Numbered from the stretch's first letter, positions 29,277-39,377 are shown. The stretch is DNA of 46,193 nt from Bacteroidetes bacterium 4572_114 (GCA_002254335.1 NIVA01000001.1:1-46193), one strand, 5' to 3'. Notes: generated from the letters alone by a model not told the origin. Numbers and translations are program-made.

Positions 29277-31382
29277 CTAAACTTTAACTACGTACCCTTT
29301 TATCTTGTACAAAACTTTTTCAAGCAAATCCTGGGGCAGTTCAGCGAAATGCGAAAATTCAAGGCTGTATGTTGCACGGCCCGAAGTGAAGGACCTAAGT
29401 GCAGTAACATAGCCGAACATTTCGGCCAGCGGAGCCTTGGCCCTGAGTACCTGGGCCCCAAATTTTGACGATACATCCTCAAGATGTCCACGTCTCTTGT
29501 TCAAATCGCTGCTAACATCACCAATGTATTCATCGGGTGTTGATACCTCAAGTTTCATGATAGGCTCAAGCAAAGTAAGTTTTGCCAGCTTGCATGCGTT
29601 TCTGAAACCTAATTTGGCAGCAATTTCAAAGGCCATTTGATCGGAATCTACCGGATGAAAAGATCCATCCTTCAAAACAACTTTCAGGCTATTTAAAGCA
29701 AATCCTGCAAGGGCACCATTCATCATAGCCATTTCAAAGCCTTTGCGCACAGAATTAATATATTCTTTTGGCAGGTCACCGCCTTTTATTTCATCAATGA
29801 ACTGAAGTCCTGATTCGCCATTATCTGACGGTCCAATCTCAAATTTAATATCTGCAAACCTGCCCCTGCCACCAGTTTGTTTTTTATACAACTCACGGTA
29901 TTCAACAGTAGAAACAACAGCCTCTTTATATGCAACCTGTGGTTTTCCCTGGTTACATTCGATGTTAAATTCGCGTTTGAGCCTGTCAACCAGTATTTCA
30001 AGGTGAAGCTCGCCCATACCACTAATTATGGTTTGTCCGGTTTCGGGGTCAACCTTAACTTTAAAAGTTGGATCTTCTTCGGCGAGTTTATTAAGTGTCT
30101 CCCCCAGTTTATCAAAATCATCCTGTGTTTTGGGTTCGATGGCCAAATTAATTACAGGGTCGGGGAACGTTATAGTTTCGAGTATGATAGGATGGTCGAT
30201 GGCACAAAGTGTATCGCCGGTCCTTATTTCTTTAAATCCCACAATAGCACCAATATCACCTGCCCCAATTTCTTCAAGGGGAATTTGCTTATTTGCATGC
30301 ATCTGCATTATCCTGGCAATACGCTCACGTTTACCAGTGTTGGCATTCAACACATATGAGCCGGCTTTTAAAGTACCGGAATAAACCCTGAAGAAGGCAA
30401 TTTTGCCAACATAAGGGTCGGTGGAAATTTTAAATGCAAGTGATGAAAAATATTCTTCGGGGGAGGGCTTACGTGATTCGGGTTTTTCGGTTTTGGGGTT
30501 GATACCGTCGATGGCTTCAACTTCGATGGGTGAGGGCAGATAGGCTGATATAGCATCGAGTAGTAGTTGAACACCTTTATTCTTAAATGCCGATCCACAT
30601 AAAACCGGTGTAATCCGCATTTCCAAAGTGGCCTTTCTAACGGCAGCAATAATTTCACTTTCGGAAATTGATTGGGGATCATTCATGAATTTCTCAAGCA
30701 ATTCATCACTCTCCTCAGCAACCCCCTCAATCAAACTTGTTCTGTATTGGGCTACAGTATCCTTTATATTTTCCGGGATTTCTACCTCTTCAAATTTCTC
30801 TCCAAGTGAGGAATCATCCCATTTGTAAGCTTTATTTGTAACCAGGCACACTACTCCGCTAAATTCGTCTTCATCTCCTATTGGGACTTGAAGGGGAATT
30901 GGGTTTGCGCCAAGTTTATCTTTAATTTGGTTGACCACCTTTAAATAATCGGCGCCCGACCTGTCCATTTTATTTACAAAACTGATACGGGGGACATTAT
31001 ATTTATCGGCCTGGCGCCAAACAGTTTCCGATTGTGGTTCAACACCGCCAACTGCACAGAAAATGGCAATGGCACCATCCAATACCCTTAACGATCGTTC
31101 CACTTCAACTGTGAAATCCACATGGCCGGGGGTATCGAGGATGTTGATCTTATAATTTACGTTTTTAAAATCCCAAAAAACAGTTGTTGCAGCCGAAGTA
31201 ATTGTAATGCCACGCTCCTGCTCCTGAACCATGTAGTCCATAGTGGCAGCACCATCGTGCACTTCCCCAATCTTGTAATTGATGCCTGTATAATATAAGA
31301 TGCGCTCAGTCGTCGTGGTCTTGCCCGCGTCGATGTGCGCCATTATACCAATGTTTCTTATATTTTTTAATTCCTGAGACAT
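29277..31382 (-). CDS. fusA: Elongation factor G
   Basis: 701 aa. [33 protein letters not shown] and NKMDR G-domain motifs are present. Confidence 0.98.
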   Translation of the reverse strand: MSQELKNIRNIGIMAHIDAGKTTTTERILYYTGINYKIGEVHDGAATMDYMVQEQERGITITSAATTVFWDFKNVNYKINILDTPGHVDFTVEVERSLRVLDGAIAIFCAVGGVEPQSETVWRQADKYNVPRISFVNKMDRSGADYLKVVNQIKDKLGANPIPLQVPIGDEDEFSGVVCLVTNKAYKWDDSSLGEKFEEVEIPENIKDTVAQYRTSLIEGVAEESDELLEKFMNDPQSISESEIIAAVRKATLEMRITPVLCGSAFKNKGVQLLLDAISAYLPSPIEVEAIDGINPKTEKPESRKPSPEEYFSSLAFKISTDPYVGKIAFFRVYSGTLKAGSYVLNANTGKRERIARIMQMHANKQIPLEEIGAGDIGAIVGFKEIRTGDTLCAIDHPIILETITFPDPVINLAIEPKTQDDFDKLGETLNKLAEEDPTFKVKVDPETGQTIISGMGELHLEILVDRLKREFNIECNQGKPQVAYKEAVVSTVEYRELYKKQTGGRGRFADIKFEIGPSDNGESGLQFIDEIKGGDLPKEYINSVRKGFEMAMMNGALAGFALNSLKVVLKDGSFHPVDSDQMAFEIAAKLGFRNACKLAKLTLLEPIMKLEVSTPDEYIGDVSSDLNKRRGHLEDVSSKFGAQVLRAKAPLAEMFGYVTALRSFTSGRATYSLEFSHFAELPQDLLEKVLYKIKGYVVKV

Positions 31383-31415
31383 CTTGTTAAACTATCCTGC
31401 TTTCTGTGTTTATAT

Positions 31416-31883
31416 TTAGAACCTGAAATGCGAGAATGCTTTATTTGCATCTGCCATTCTGTGGGTATCTTCTTTCTTTTTAAAAGCCCCACCTTCTTCT
31501 TTGAACCCGGCTACTATTTCTGATGCAAGTTTTCTGCCCATCGACTTTTCGTTGCGCTTACGGGCAAAAAGTATCATATTTTTCATTCCAATGGACTGTT
31601 TCCTTTGTTGTGGGATTTCAGTAGGTATCTGGAATGTGGCGCCACCAATCCTGCGGCTCCTTACCTCAACGGCAGGTGTAACATTAACGAGTGCTTTTTT
31701 CCAAACTTCCAGGCCATCCTCTTTGGTCCTTTCAGAAACCACGTCGATAGCCTCGTAGAAAATCTTGAAGGAAAGGTTTTTCTTGCCACGGAGCATCAGG
31801 TTATTAACAAATTTGGTGACCATAGTGTCGTTGAACCGTGGATCCGGGAGAATAATTCTTTTTTTAGGTTTTGATTTCCTCAT
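31416..31883 (-). CDS. rpsG: 30S ribosomal protein S7
   Basis: 155 aa. PDPRFND..V.KF.N.LM..GKK. Confidence 0.97.
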   Translation of the reverse strand: MRKSKPKKRIILPDPRFNDTMVTKFVNNLMLRGKKNLSFKIFYEAIDVVSERTKEDGLEVWKKALVNVTPAVEVRSRRIGGATFQIPTEIPQQRKQSIGMKNMILFARKRNEKSMGRKLASEIVAGFKEEGGAFKKKEDTHRMADANKAFSHFRF

Positions 31884-31916
31884 TTTCTATATTGAATTAT
31901 GCTGATTGTCGATAAT

Positions 31917-32294
31917 TTATTTCTGCTTCGGACGCTTGGTCCCGTATTTTGAACGGCGCTGTGTACGGCCTTCAACACCTGAAGTGTCAAGTGCGCCACG
32001 GATAATGTGATATCTTACGCCCGGAAGGTCTTTGACACGCCCGCCACGGATCATCACTATGGAGTGCTCCTGGAGGTTGTGGCCTTCGCCCGGTATGTAT
32101 GCGTTAACTTCCTTTTGGTTGGTAAGCCTTACCCTGGCAACTTTACGCATTGCTGAATTTGGCTTCTTTGGTGTGGTGGTGTAAACACGCACACATACCC
32201 CCCGGCGTTGCGGACAACTGTCCAATGCAGGAGATTTACTCTTGTCGGTTAACGTCTTGCGTCCTTTGCGTACTAACTGTTGAATCGTCGGCAT
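31917..32294 (-). CDS. rpsL: 30S ribosomal protein S12
   Basis: Start trimmed to [12 protein letters not shown] (ATG at 32294). The 18-aa upstream extension in the track ORF has no S12 counterpart. Confidence 0.96.
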   Translation of the reverse strand: MPTIQQLVRKGRKTLTDKSKSPALDSCPQRRGVCVRVYTTTPKKPNSAMRKVARVRLTNQKEVNAYIPGEGHNLQEHSIVMIRGGRVKDLPGVRYHIIRGALDTSGVEGRTQRRSKYGTKRPKQK

Positions 32295-32345
32295 ATTAAG
32301 ACTTTTGTTTAATTTTCTGTTACAATCCCCTCGATTTTGGGGGTG

Positions 32346-32353
32346 CAAAAGTA
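32346..32353 (-). promoter_or_regulatory. Candidate -7 promoter box (TAnnTTTG) for the rpsL-led operon
   Basis: The minus strand reads tacttttg, about 52 nt upstream of the rpsL ATG and at the edge of a 420-bp non-coding region. Confidence 0.4.
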
Positions 32354-32766
32354 CATATTATTTCAATAAAACAATGGTTGGTTAAAAATAAATTTCAACA
32401 TAACCACAACACCGCAACCAATACTACTGGTTTCGACTGATTTAATTAATTATTAAAAAAAATAAAAAAGGGAAATTAAAAGGAAGGCTTTTGCTCGTGC
32501 AGAGGTTAAATGACAATTTTTTCTCTTTTGACCCAAAAATTTCGCTTGTCATTAAGAAACCTATGTTTACCTCAGTTTTTCAGGTTTCCTTAAAATTTCT
32601 CTTAAAATATGTTGCAAATTCACACTCAAATAATTACATTGGAATATCGAATTTTGCGGGCGCAAAGATACAACTGTTTTTTACAATACCAAATTTGGAT
32701 GAAAGTATTTTTTTTGTTTGGGGAGGGGTGGGTGGAAAAATTGACAAAGGAATGAAGTGTCCTGTC

Positions 32767-33657
32767 CTACAACCCCCTCTGCCATTCCTGCCTCAGGTTG
32801 GCCATTTCAGGGGCATCAATAGCTGATTGAAGTTTATCAAGGAGCAACTGCTTGTCCCTGTTCAAAATCCCCTTCAAAACTAAATAATTTGAGGCATGGT
32901 CGCTGCGGAAAATTGTACTTTCCAGTTCGAGGTTTGAAATAAAGGAGTGTTGTTCATGAAGGAGCCCCAAAAGATTTAGTTCTTCAAAATCGCCGGCAAA
33001 CCGCTGTTGGAAATGCCCCACACCATATGGAAAACTTAAAACCAGTGTTGATAGATATTCGGGCTGGATGGCATTGATAACCTTTGCTGAATTTTCGGCA
33101 TGTTGGGGTGAATACCGCCTCCCTCCCAGCCCGTTGATGATCATCACAGAACTTTTTATCCCTGCTTCCTTTGCTTTTTGCATGGAGGCTATCATACTTT
33201 TGGCTGTTTCGCCCTTATCAATCATCTCTAACAAACCATCATCACCCGTTTCTAAGCCAACATATATCAACTTTAAACCAGCTTTTTGTAATGACCTTAG
33301 CTCTTCAACTGATTTGTCCTTCATGTCTTTTGGAATGGCATAGGCCGATATCCGGGACAGCCTTTTCATTTTTCCGTTCAAATAATTTATTATGCGCATC
33401 AGCTTTTCATGGCCGAGCACCATTGCATTGCCATCCCCTAAAAATATTTTTCTTGTATCAGGTAAATAACTTGCGGCATCATCAATATCCAAAAAGATAT
33501 CTTTCTCACTTTTTACGCGGAATTTTTTTGAGGCGTACATTTCGCAGAAGGCACATCTATTCCATGAGCAACCTATTGTTGGTTGCAGGATGAGTGAGTA
33601 GGCCTCGCTGGGGGGCCTGAAAACGGGTTCGTCGTATTTTATTGGGTTGGAAAACAT
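32767..33657 (-). CDS. Radical SAM domain protein (uncharacterised subfamily)
   Basis: 296 aa. The Cys cluster is GCSWNRCAFCEMY, with C-x4-C-x2-C spacing as read. It is followed by the FLGDGNA and GLETGDD TIM-barrel-type motifs typical of radical SAM enzymes. Confidence 0.75.
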   Translation of the reverse strand: MFSNPIKYDEPVFRPPSEAYSLILQPTIGCSWNRCAFCEMYASKKFRVKSEKDIFLDIDDAASYLPDTRKIFLGDGNAMVLGHEKLMRIINYLNGKMKRLSRISAYAIPKDMKDKSVEELRSLQKAGLKLIYVGLETGDDGLLEMIDKGETAKSMIASMQKAKEAGIKSSVMIINGLGGRRYSPQHAENSAKVINAIQPEYLSTLVLSFPYGVGHFQQRFAGDFEELNLLGLLHEQHSFISNLELESTIFRSDHASNYLVLKGILNRDKQLLLDKLQSAIDAPEMANLRQEWQRGL

Positions 33658-33712
33658 TGTATTCGTTTCTGGTTTTTATTCTGGTACTTTTAACGGAAAC
33701 CTCCGGGGGATT

Positions 33713-33967
33713 ATTCAACCCACTTCGGGGTTGTGGTTTTGTATTGTGTCACTGTACCCCCCAATTTCATTGGGGGTTATTGGGGGTTATTGATGGTTGA
33801 ACCCTGCGGGTTTCTTGTTTTCTGTAAGGCATAAATCTATAATTGTCGGGCGTATCTGAACCTGGGAATTCAACCCACTCCGGGGTTTCTTACATACTGT
33901 CCGTAGGACAAAATTGGGGGCATTTAGCCACAATATGACCATCCCCCAACCCCGAAGTGGGTTGAAT
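33713..33967. repeat. REP-like hairpin cluster, left flank of the RAYT gene
   Basis: It is bounded by attcaacccacttcggggttg (33713-33733) and its inverse caaccccgaagtgggttgaat (33947-33967). A third copy lies at 33868-33887. Additional hairpins are ccccaat/attgggg, aaccc/gggtt and ctgtcc/ggacag. It is collinear with 34451-34845. Confidence 0.85.
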
Positions 33968-33989
33968 AAAATACCCGGAAAAACAGATA

Positions 33990-34436
33990 CTACAAAAAGT
34001 ATTTCTCATCGAAATCAACATCAAACTCCTTCAGCAAACGTTTGTATTCAACCGGAAACGACTCTTTTTTATGATGTTCCTTTTGGTTTTTGATGTACTC
34101 TATCACCCTGTGCCGGTCGGAATGGGAAATTGTAAATGCAGCATAACCTTCTGCCCATCCAATAAACCGTGGGAACTCAGGTTGGGTTTTTAACCAGATA
34201 GAAGATGATGTTTTAATTGTTCTGAGATAATCAGCAAGTGCGATTGAAGGGTGAAGATCGGACATGATATGCAAATGGTCCAAACTTCCATTTATCCGGT
34301 ATAGTTTACAATTTTTGTTTTTAATAATCCCCCAAATGTATTTGTAGAGTTTATCACAGTGCTCATCGGGGATTGTTTTTTGACGATATTTTGTGCCAAA
34401 TACGATGTGATAATAGATTTGTCGGTAACTTGCCAT
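33990..34436 (-). mobile_element. IS200-like Y1 (HUH) transposase of REP-associated (RAYT) type
   Basis: 148 aa. YHIVFGTKYR..., HUH motif DHLHIM and the C-terminal catalytic-Tyr context VIEYIKNQKEHH are present. No TnpB/second ORF is present. The gene is flanked on both sides by the same hairpin repeats. Confidence 0.85.
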
Positions 34437-34450
34437 AATTATAATTGTTT

Positions 34451-34845
34451 ATTCAACCCACTTCGGGGTTGTGGTTTTGTATCGGTTTACTGTACCCCCC
34501 AATTCATTGGGGGTTATTGATGGTTGAACCCTGCGGGTTTCTGGTTTTCTGCACGACAAAAATGCTATTGATCCATAATCTGAACCTGAAACACACTTCC
34601 AGGTAGTAGATTTGTATTGCTTCAATGCATTTCATTGGGGGTTATTGATGATTAAACCCTGCAGGCATATTGTTTTCTGCTGGGCAAAAATACTATTATC
34701 CAGGAACCTGCAAGGCTTTATAAACTGGGGATTATTCCTCCCACTCCGGTTTTGCTTATCAACTGTCCGTAGGACAGAACGTGAATAACCCTCAATGAAA
34801 TCTAACCATGATATGACCATCCCTCAACCCCGATGTGGGTTGAAT
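34451..34845. repeat. REP-like hairpin cluster, right flank of the RAYT gene (with internal duplication)
   Basis: It starts with attcaacccacttcggggttg (34451-34471) and ends with caaccccgatgtgggttgaat (34825-34845). The segment cattgggggttattgatg.ttgaaccctgc.gg...ttttctgc occurs twice (about 34498-34570 and 34628-34700). Confidence 0.85.
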
Positions 34846-34928
34846 GTATTTCTCCCGAAAATCCTGGTCTGCGCCTGTGTGATGGCCAGCTATGAAAATA
34901 ATTCTGTTCACAATTAGATGGGATACAT

Positions 34929-34936
34929 TACATTTG
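34929..34936 (+). promoter_or_regulatory. Bacteroidota-type -7 promoter box (TAnnTTTG)
   Basis: tacatttg lies 18 nt upstream of the ATG at 34954. Confidence 0.4.
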
Positions 34937-34953
34937 CTAAAAATTATCAAATT

Positions 34954-37416
34954 ATGAAAAAACTTATTTTATCCTTATCGCTTGCTTTGTTCGGCATCTT
35001 TTCATTTGCACAGATAGAAGTGACCATCTACGAAATCCAGGGACAGCAGGAACACTCGCCCTATGCCGGGGAAATTATTATCACACAGGGGATAGTTACA
35101 GGTGTTTTTGACATCGGATATTTTATCCAGGATGGCGATGGCGAATGGAACGGTGTGTATGTTTATTCGTCAGAAGCAGTAACTGTGGGCGATGAGATTG
35201 AGTTGTCGGGCGAAGTGGTTGAATATTATGATTTAACAGAACTTAAAGATATTGTGACCTTTGAGGTTTTGTCTTCAGGAAACCAACTGCCGGCAGCTTC
35301 GGTATTGGATACCTGGGATGTAAACGATGAGGCCTACGAAGGGGTTTTGGTCAAGGTGGAAGATGCCGTTTGCAGCAATGCCAACCTGGGCTACAACGAA
35401 TGGGAACTCGACAATGGCACAGGCCCATGCCGTGTGGATGACATGGGAGTGGTTTATTCGCCTGTTGTGGGTTTGAGTTATTCGGTTACCGGCCCGCTTA
35501 ATTATTCCTACGAGAATTACAAGATCGAACCGAGGGACGAAAACGATATCGTGATCTTGGAAAACCTCTATTTTATTAAGGGGCCCGAACAGATCAATCC
35601 AGAAAAGACTTTAATTACGGTACAGTGGGAAACAAACATTGAAGCTACCACCCAGCTATTTTGGGGCTACACACCAGAGTTGGAACAGGGAATGGTTTCA
35701 CTGGCAGGGAACAGGGTTGAACACGAATTACAATTGCCGGGCGTGCCATCAACTATTTTTTATATCAGGCCGTTTTCGGTTGCTGATGCCGACACGACCC
35801 CAAATTTCACAAGGCCTTATGCAACAGTTTCCAACTCTTCGGGGGACGTAAAGCTTTATTTTAACCATAAAGTTGACCACTCAGTTGCAAATGTAGAAAT
35901 GGCCGTGTGGGCACAAAATATCACAGATACCGTTATCCATTATTTGAATATGGCACAGCAAACCCTTGATATCACCATGTACGAACAGGAGTCGGATGAA
36001 ATTGTTGAAGCCATTAATTCCGCTTACAACCGTGGCGTACAAGTAAGATATATTACAGATAACGAGGGAAACAACCCCGCTTTGGCCAATCTCGACCCAT
36101 CAATCCCTGTCTTTTATTATGTAAATGAAAATGCAATTATGCACGATAAATTCATCATTATCGACGCAACATCAGAAATGGGATCTTGGTCAATTACCGG
36201 CTCATTAAACCATACCATCAACAACCTGGGCTGGGATTATAACAACATGATCTGTATCCAGGATGTAAGCCTGGCCAAATCGTTCACCCTTGAATTTGAG
36301 GAGATGTGGGGCAGTGACGGCCCGATGTATGATGAGGCCAATGCCAAATTTGGTTCAGAAAAATCAAACAACACACCACACAAGTTTTTGATAAACAACA
36401 TTCCGATGGAATTATACTTTTCCCCATCTGATGGGACCACCCCAAAAATTAAATCTGCCATCGACCAGGCACTAAATGATATTGAATTGGGGATCATGGT
36501 ATTTACCGAAAACTCCCTGGGCAATGCAATTGTTGATGCACATCAGCGTGGACTGGATATACATGGGATTATCGACTATGTGGAATACACGGGAAGTGAG
36601 TACCAATATCTGAAAGACAATGGTGTTTATGTAAGGGATTACGTTAACCCGGATGGCAGCCAGTGGCCCGATGGCCCGGTTTTTCATCATAAATATGTAA
36701 TCCTGGATTTCATTGACGGAAGCGCAAACCCTGTCGCCATCACCGGTTCACACAATTGGTCGGCTGCTGCCGAATCAAAAAATGATGAAAATACACTGAT
36801 TATTCATGATGCCAACATTGCCAATCAATTTCACCAGGAATTTTATCAGCGTTTTAATGATTTACTTACACCGGTTGCTGTTGATGATGATACTGTTACC
36901 GGGATGAATGATGCTGTTGTGATAGGTTATCTTGAAAATGATTTCATTCCCGAAGATGTAACTATTGCCACTGAAATAGTGCAGCTGCCGCTTAACGGAG
37001 AGGCTGGTATTGATGAAGGCATGATCTATTATGTTCCGGTTGCAGGGTTTATTGGAAACGACAGCCTCAGTTATCGTATTTATAATATTGACAATACTGA
37101 ATTATCTGATACAGCTTGGGTAAGGATTGAAGTTGGTGAAAACAGTATTGATGAGCTAATTGAGAATACTTTTTCTATAAAAGCCACAACCAATATAAAT
37201 CCCCTATCCCTCATTTTGGATATTGATTCGGATAAAAACCAGGAACTGTTGATAAGGATCGTGAACCTTACAGGGAAACAAATTCATGCCGAAACCATTT
37301 CTGTTTCATCCGGGACAACCACTGTCCAAATCAAATTATCATCAATGGCCAGGGGGATTTTGTTTTTGGATGTTTCGGGTGATGGGGGACGGGTTGTTTC
37401 CAAATTGGTTTTATAA
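34954..37416 (+). CDS. T9SS-secreted phospholipase D-superfamily protein with two HKD motifs (probable extracellular nuclease)
   Basis: Start at MKKLILSLSLALFGIFSFAQ (signal peptide). The N-terminal region IYEIQGQ..HSPYAG...GIVTGVF..GYFIQD...GVYVY...VGDEIELSGEVVEYYDLTEL resembles the OB-like head of ExeM/NucH-type nucleases. HKD motifs are HDKFIIID...GSLN and HHKYVILD...GSHNWS. It is followed by a cadherin/VCBS-like segment (VAVDDD...GNDSLSY) and a C-terminal T9SS sorting-domain-like beta segment (...LIRIVNLTGKQI...GILFLDV...VSKLVL). Confidence 0.8.
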   Translation: MKKLILSLSLALFGIFSFAQIEVTIYEIQGQQEHSPYAGEIIITQGIVTGVFDIGYFIQDGDGEWNGVYVYSSEAVTVGDEIELSGEVVEYYDLTELKDIVTFEVLSSGNQLPAASVLDTWDVNDEAYEGVLVKVEDAVCSNANLGYNEWELDNGTGPCRVDDMGVVYSPVVGLSYSVTGPLNYSYENYKIEPRDENDIVILENLYFIKGPEQINPEKTLITVQWETNIEATTQLFWGYTPELEQGMVSLAGNRVEHELQLPGVPSTIFYIRPFSVADADTTPNFTRPYATVSNSSGDVKLYFNHKVDHSVANVEMAVWAQNITDTVIHYLNMAQQTLDITMYEQESDEIVEAINSAYNRGVQVRYITDNEGNNPALANLDPSIPVFYYVNENAIMHDKFIIIDATSEMGSWSITGSLNHTINNLGWDYNNMICIQDVSLAKSFTLEFEEMWGSDGPMYDEANAKFGSEKSNNTPHKFLINNIPMELYFSPSDGTTPKIKSAIDQALNDIELGIMVFTENSLGNAIVDAHQRGLDIHGIIDYVEYTGSEYQYLKDNGVYVRDYVNPDGSQWPDGPVFHHKYVILDFIDGSANPVAITGSHNWSAAAESKNDENTLIIHDANIANQFHQEFYQRFNDLLTPVAVDDDTVTGMNDAVVIGYLENDFIPEDVTIATEIVQLPLNGEAGIDEGMIYYVPVAGFIGNDSLSYRIYNIDNTELSDTAWVRIEVGENSIDELIENTFSIKATTNINPLSLILDIDSDKNQELLIRIVNLTGKQIHAETISVSSGTTTVQIKLSSMARGILFLDVSGDGGRVVSKLVL

Positions 37417-37421
37417 ATGGG

Positions 37422-38477
37422 TTATATTTTCCGTGTGGCCGCCAAAATTTTGAAAAACAGATTGGACAATGGTTTTGTTTGTCCTCGTTTTTGCAGGTTC
37501 AGATACCATCCCAATTTTTTCAGGATAGGGATTTTGTGGGTTTCCACAAATTCAATCAATGCCCCATCGGGGTCTTCAATATAGGAAAAATGCCCTGCGG
37601 CTTCCCCCATGTCAAAACTATTGGCACTGTCAACCGTAAATGGATGGCCAAATTCCTCGCACTCTTTTTTCAAATCATCCATACCAATTATATCAAAACA
37701 AATATGAATATATCCTAAATCGCCCCATAGTCTGTTTTTATAAATCTTGTGGGCTTTTCGATCTTTCGATTGAAAAAGTTCGATAGTACTCTCTCCCAAC
37801 ATAGGGCTGAATGCACCGTTTCTCTTTTGACCATGTTTAAGAAGTACCCGTCTGTATTTTTCATTACCTCCCGAAAGGGTTGCCAAATCATCAAATACAG
37901 CTTCCTGATCGTAAACAATAGTATCGTAACCTAAAATATGGCCATAAAATTTGATTGATTTCTCCATATCTGAAACCCCGATAATTGCCCCTGAATTTCC
38001 TCCGGTCAACTTGTTTTGATTAAGGAGCCAATCATATCCTTCTTCAATTTCAAATATATTATTATATGGATCCTTAATAAAAAAATGAGGTTTGCCTTCA
38101 GGGGAGTTTTTAACTACCGAAATAATATTGATGTTTCTGTTTTGAAACGCTTTGTATGCCTTTTCAACATCGGGGGATTTAATTTTACATGCGAAAATGC
38201 CCAGGTCCCCCGGCCGTACCTCAAAGTTGGGCGCTACAGGTGTCCGGCTTGTGTATTGCCAAACTTCAAAACCTCCGCCACTTTTCATGTTATAGGCCAA
38301 AATGGCATGGCGTTTTTGTGGTTTGTTATCGGTATATCTCAACATCAAATTGGCCTCGGCAGCCTCATCGAAGATCACCACATCATAACCCAGGTTCGCT
38401 TTATACCAATCCCGTGCTTCATAAAGATCAGAAACCCCAATACCAATCTGTTGTATGCCTGCAATAATTTTTGTCAT
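37422..38477 (-). CDS. VOC (glyoxalase/bleomycin-resistance/dioxygenase) family protein, multi-module
   Basis: 351 aa. Repeated beta-alpha-beta-beta-beta module starts: IQQIGIGVSDLYEARDWYKANLGYD and GAIIGVSDMEKSIKFYGHILGYD. A later ...YIEDPDGALIEFVE motif is also present. Confidence 0.75.
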   Translation of the reverse strand: MTKIIAGIQQIGIGVSDLYEARDWYKANLGYDVVIFDEAAEANLMLRYTDNKPQKRHAILAYNMKSGGGFEVWQYTSRTPVAPNFEVRPGDLGIFACKIKSPDVEKAYKAFQNRNINIISVVKNSPEGKPHFFIKDPYNNIFEIEEGYDWLLNQNKLTGGNSGAIIGVSDMEKSIKFYGHILGYDTIVYDQEAVFDDLATLSGGNEKYRRVLLKHGQKRNGAFSPMLGESTIELFQSKDRKAHKIYKNRLWGDLGYIHICFDIIGMDDLKKECEEFGHPFTVDSANSFDMGEAAGHFSYIEDPDGALIEFVETHKIPILKKLGWYLNLQKRGQTKPLSNLFFKILAATRKI

Positions 38478-38501
38478 TTATTTCAATTTGATTTTATTAA
38501 T

Positions 38502-38620
38502 AAAGCTGTCAGACAGTTATCCTTTTAATTATGCACTGAATTTAAAGTAGGATAAATTTTACTTTTAGCTTTAACTGTCTGACAGCTATTCTCCCAAATG
38601 TTTACTTTTTAGACTAAACT
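38502..38620. repeat. Nested-palindrome intergenic element, copy C
   Basis: agctgtcagacagtt (38504-38518) and its perfect complement aactgtctgacagct (38573-38587) are separated by exactly 54 nt, as in copy B. They are followed by attctcccaaatgtttactttttagactaaact. The last 12 nt supply the final codons and stop of the SDR ORF. Confidence 0.8.
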
Positions 38621-39235
38621 TTGTTGATGTCGGCTGCCATCTTTTTTCAAAGCATTATACGAAATATTGGTCCGTACCCTGCCAGGAATTGCTATCGTAA
38701 CTTTAATATTATCATTTTTATGCTCTGCCCTCAGTGTCTCGTAAAATCCGTGAAGGGCATGTTTGGATGCTGAATATGCCGACCGCAAAGGAAACCCAAA
38801 CTTACCAACGATGGAACTGACCACAACTATATGCCCGGATTTCTGCCTGATCATCTTCGGCAGGACAGCTTTGGTGATGGCAATATTCCCAAAATAATTA
38901 ACCTCCATCAACCGTCGGTCTATCTTTAAAGGCGTTTCGTGCACCAACGACCGTTGACTGATCCCTCCGTTTACTATCAAATAATCGATAATATTATACC
39001 TATTGATGACTTCGGCAACCAGGGGCGTGTAATCAGAATTATCTTCCAAATCAAGGGGGATAACCGAGCAATCATCAGTAAAGTTGAGACACATCCCTTT
39101 AACCGTTTCCAGCTCATCCACATTGCGCGACGACAGGATAAGCCTGGCCTTTTGCCTGGCAAAATCCACAGAAAGTGCTTTCCCGATACCGGAGGAAGCC
39201 CCAATTATCCATATCGTTTTGCCTTTAAAATTCAT
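38609..39235 (-). CDS. Short-chain dehydrogenase/reductase (SDR), apparently 3'-truncated
   Basis: 208 aa. TGASSGIGKA-type motif (IIGASSGIGKAL), NGG and the catalytic S...YSASK are intact. The protein ends ...NALKKDGSRHQQSLV*, whereas relatives as I remember them continue about 50 aa further. The terminal codons lie inside repeat copy C. Confidence 0.8.
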   Translation of the reverse strand: MNFKGKTIWIIGASSGIGKALSVDFARQKARLILSSRNVDELETVKGMCLNFTDDCSVIPLDLEDNSDYTPLVAEVINRYNIIDYLIVNGGISQRSLVHETPLKIDRRLMEVNYFGNIAITKAVLPKMIRQKSGHIVVVSSIVGKFGFPLRSAYSASKHALHGFYETLRAEHKNDNIKVTIAIPGRVRTNISYNALKKDGSRHQQSLV

Positions 39236-39279
39236 TTTTTTGGCTAAATATCAGATTTCATGCAAATTATTTTGGTTTG

Positions 39280-39287
39280 CAAAAATA
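39280..39287 (-). promoter_or_regulatory. Candidate -7 promoter box (TAnnTTTG) for the SDR gene
   Basis: The minus strand reads tatttttg, about 45 nt upstream of the ATG at 39235. Confidence 0.35.
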
Positions 39288-39377
39288 GCAAATCAAATTA
39301 GATTTAGGATTTTTTAACAAACTCGGTGGGCTTATTACCATATTTACAAAAAATATCTAATTTTACACCTAAAAAAG

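Noticed and set aside
14032-32348. There are dozens of 60-200-aa plus-strand ORFs across the ribosomal block, for example 23708-24322 (204 aa), 18812-19333 and 29877-30359.
   Set aside because: All are antisense shadows of highly conserved minus-strand genes. They have low-complexity or hydrophobic composition and no recognisable motifs.
32720-32735. G-rich runs, ggggaggggtgggtgg here and ccctgccccgaacccc at 28879-28894, might be G-quadruplexes.
   Set aside because: Each has only three tracts of at least 3 G plus a GG. That is insufficient for a confident G4 call, and there is no supporting context.
32491-32826. A 111-aa plus-strand ORF lies in the rpsL upstream region.
   Set aside because: It starts at a non-ATG codon, overlaps the 3' end of the radical SAM gene, and is AT-rich intergenic sequence with no motif. 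It is most likely non-coding promoter or leader DNA.
34632-34820. A 62-aa ORF lies inside the right REP cluster.
   Set aside because: It is composed entirely of repeat hairpin sequence, and the same sequence in the left cluster is not open.
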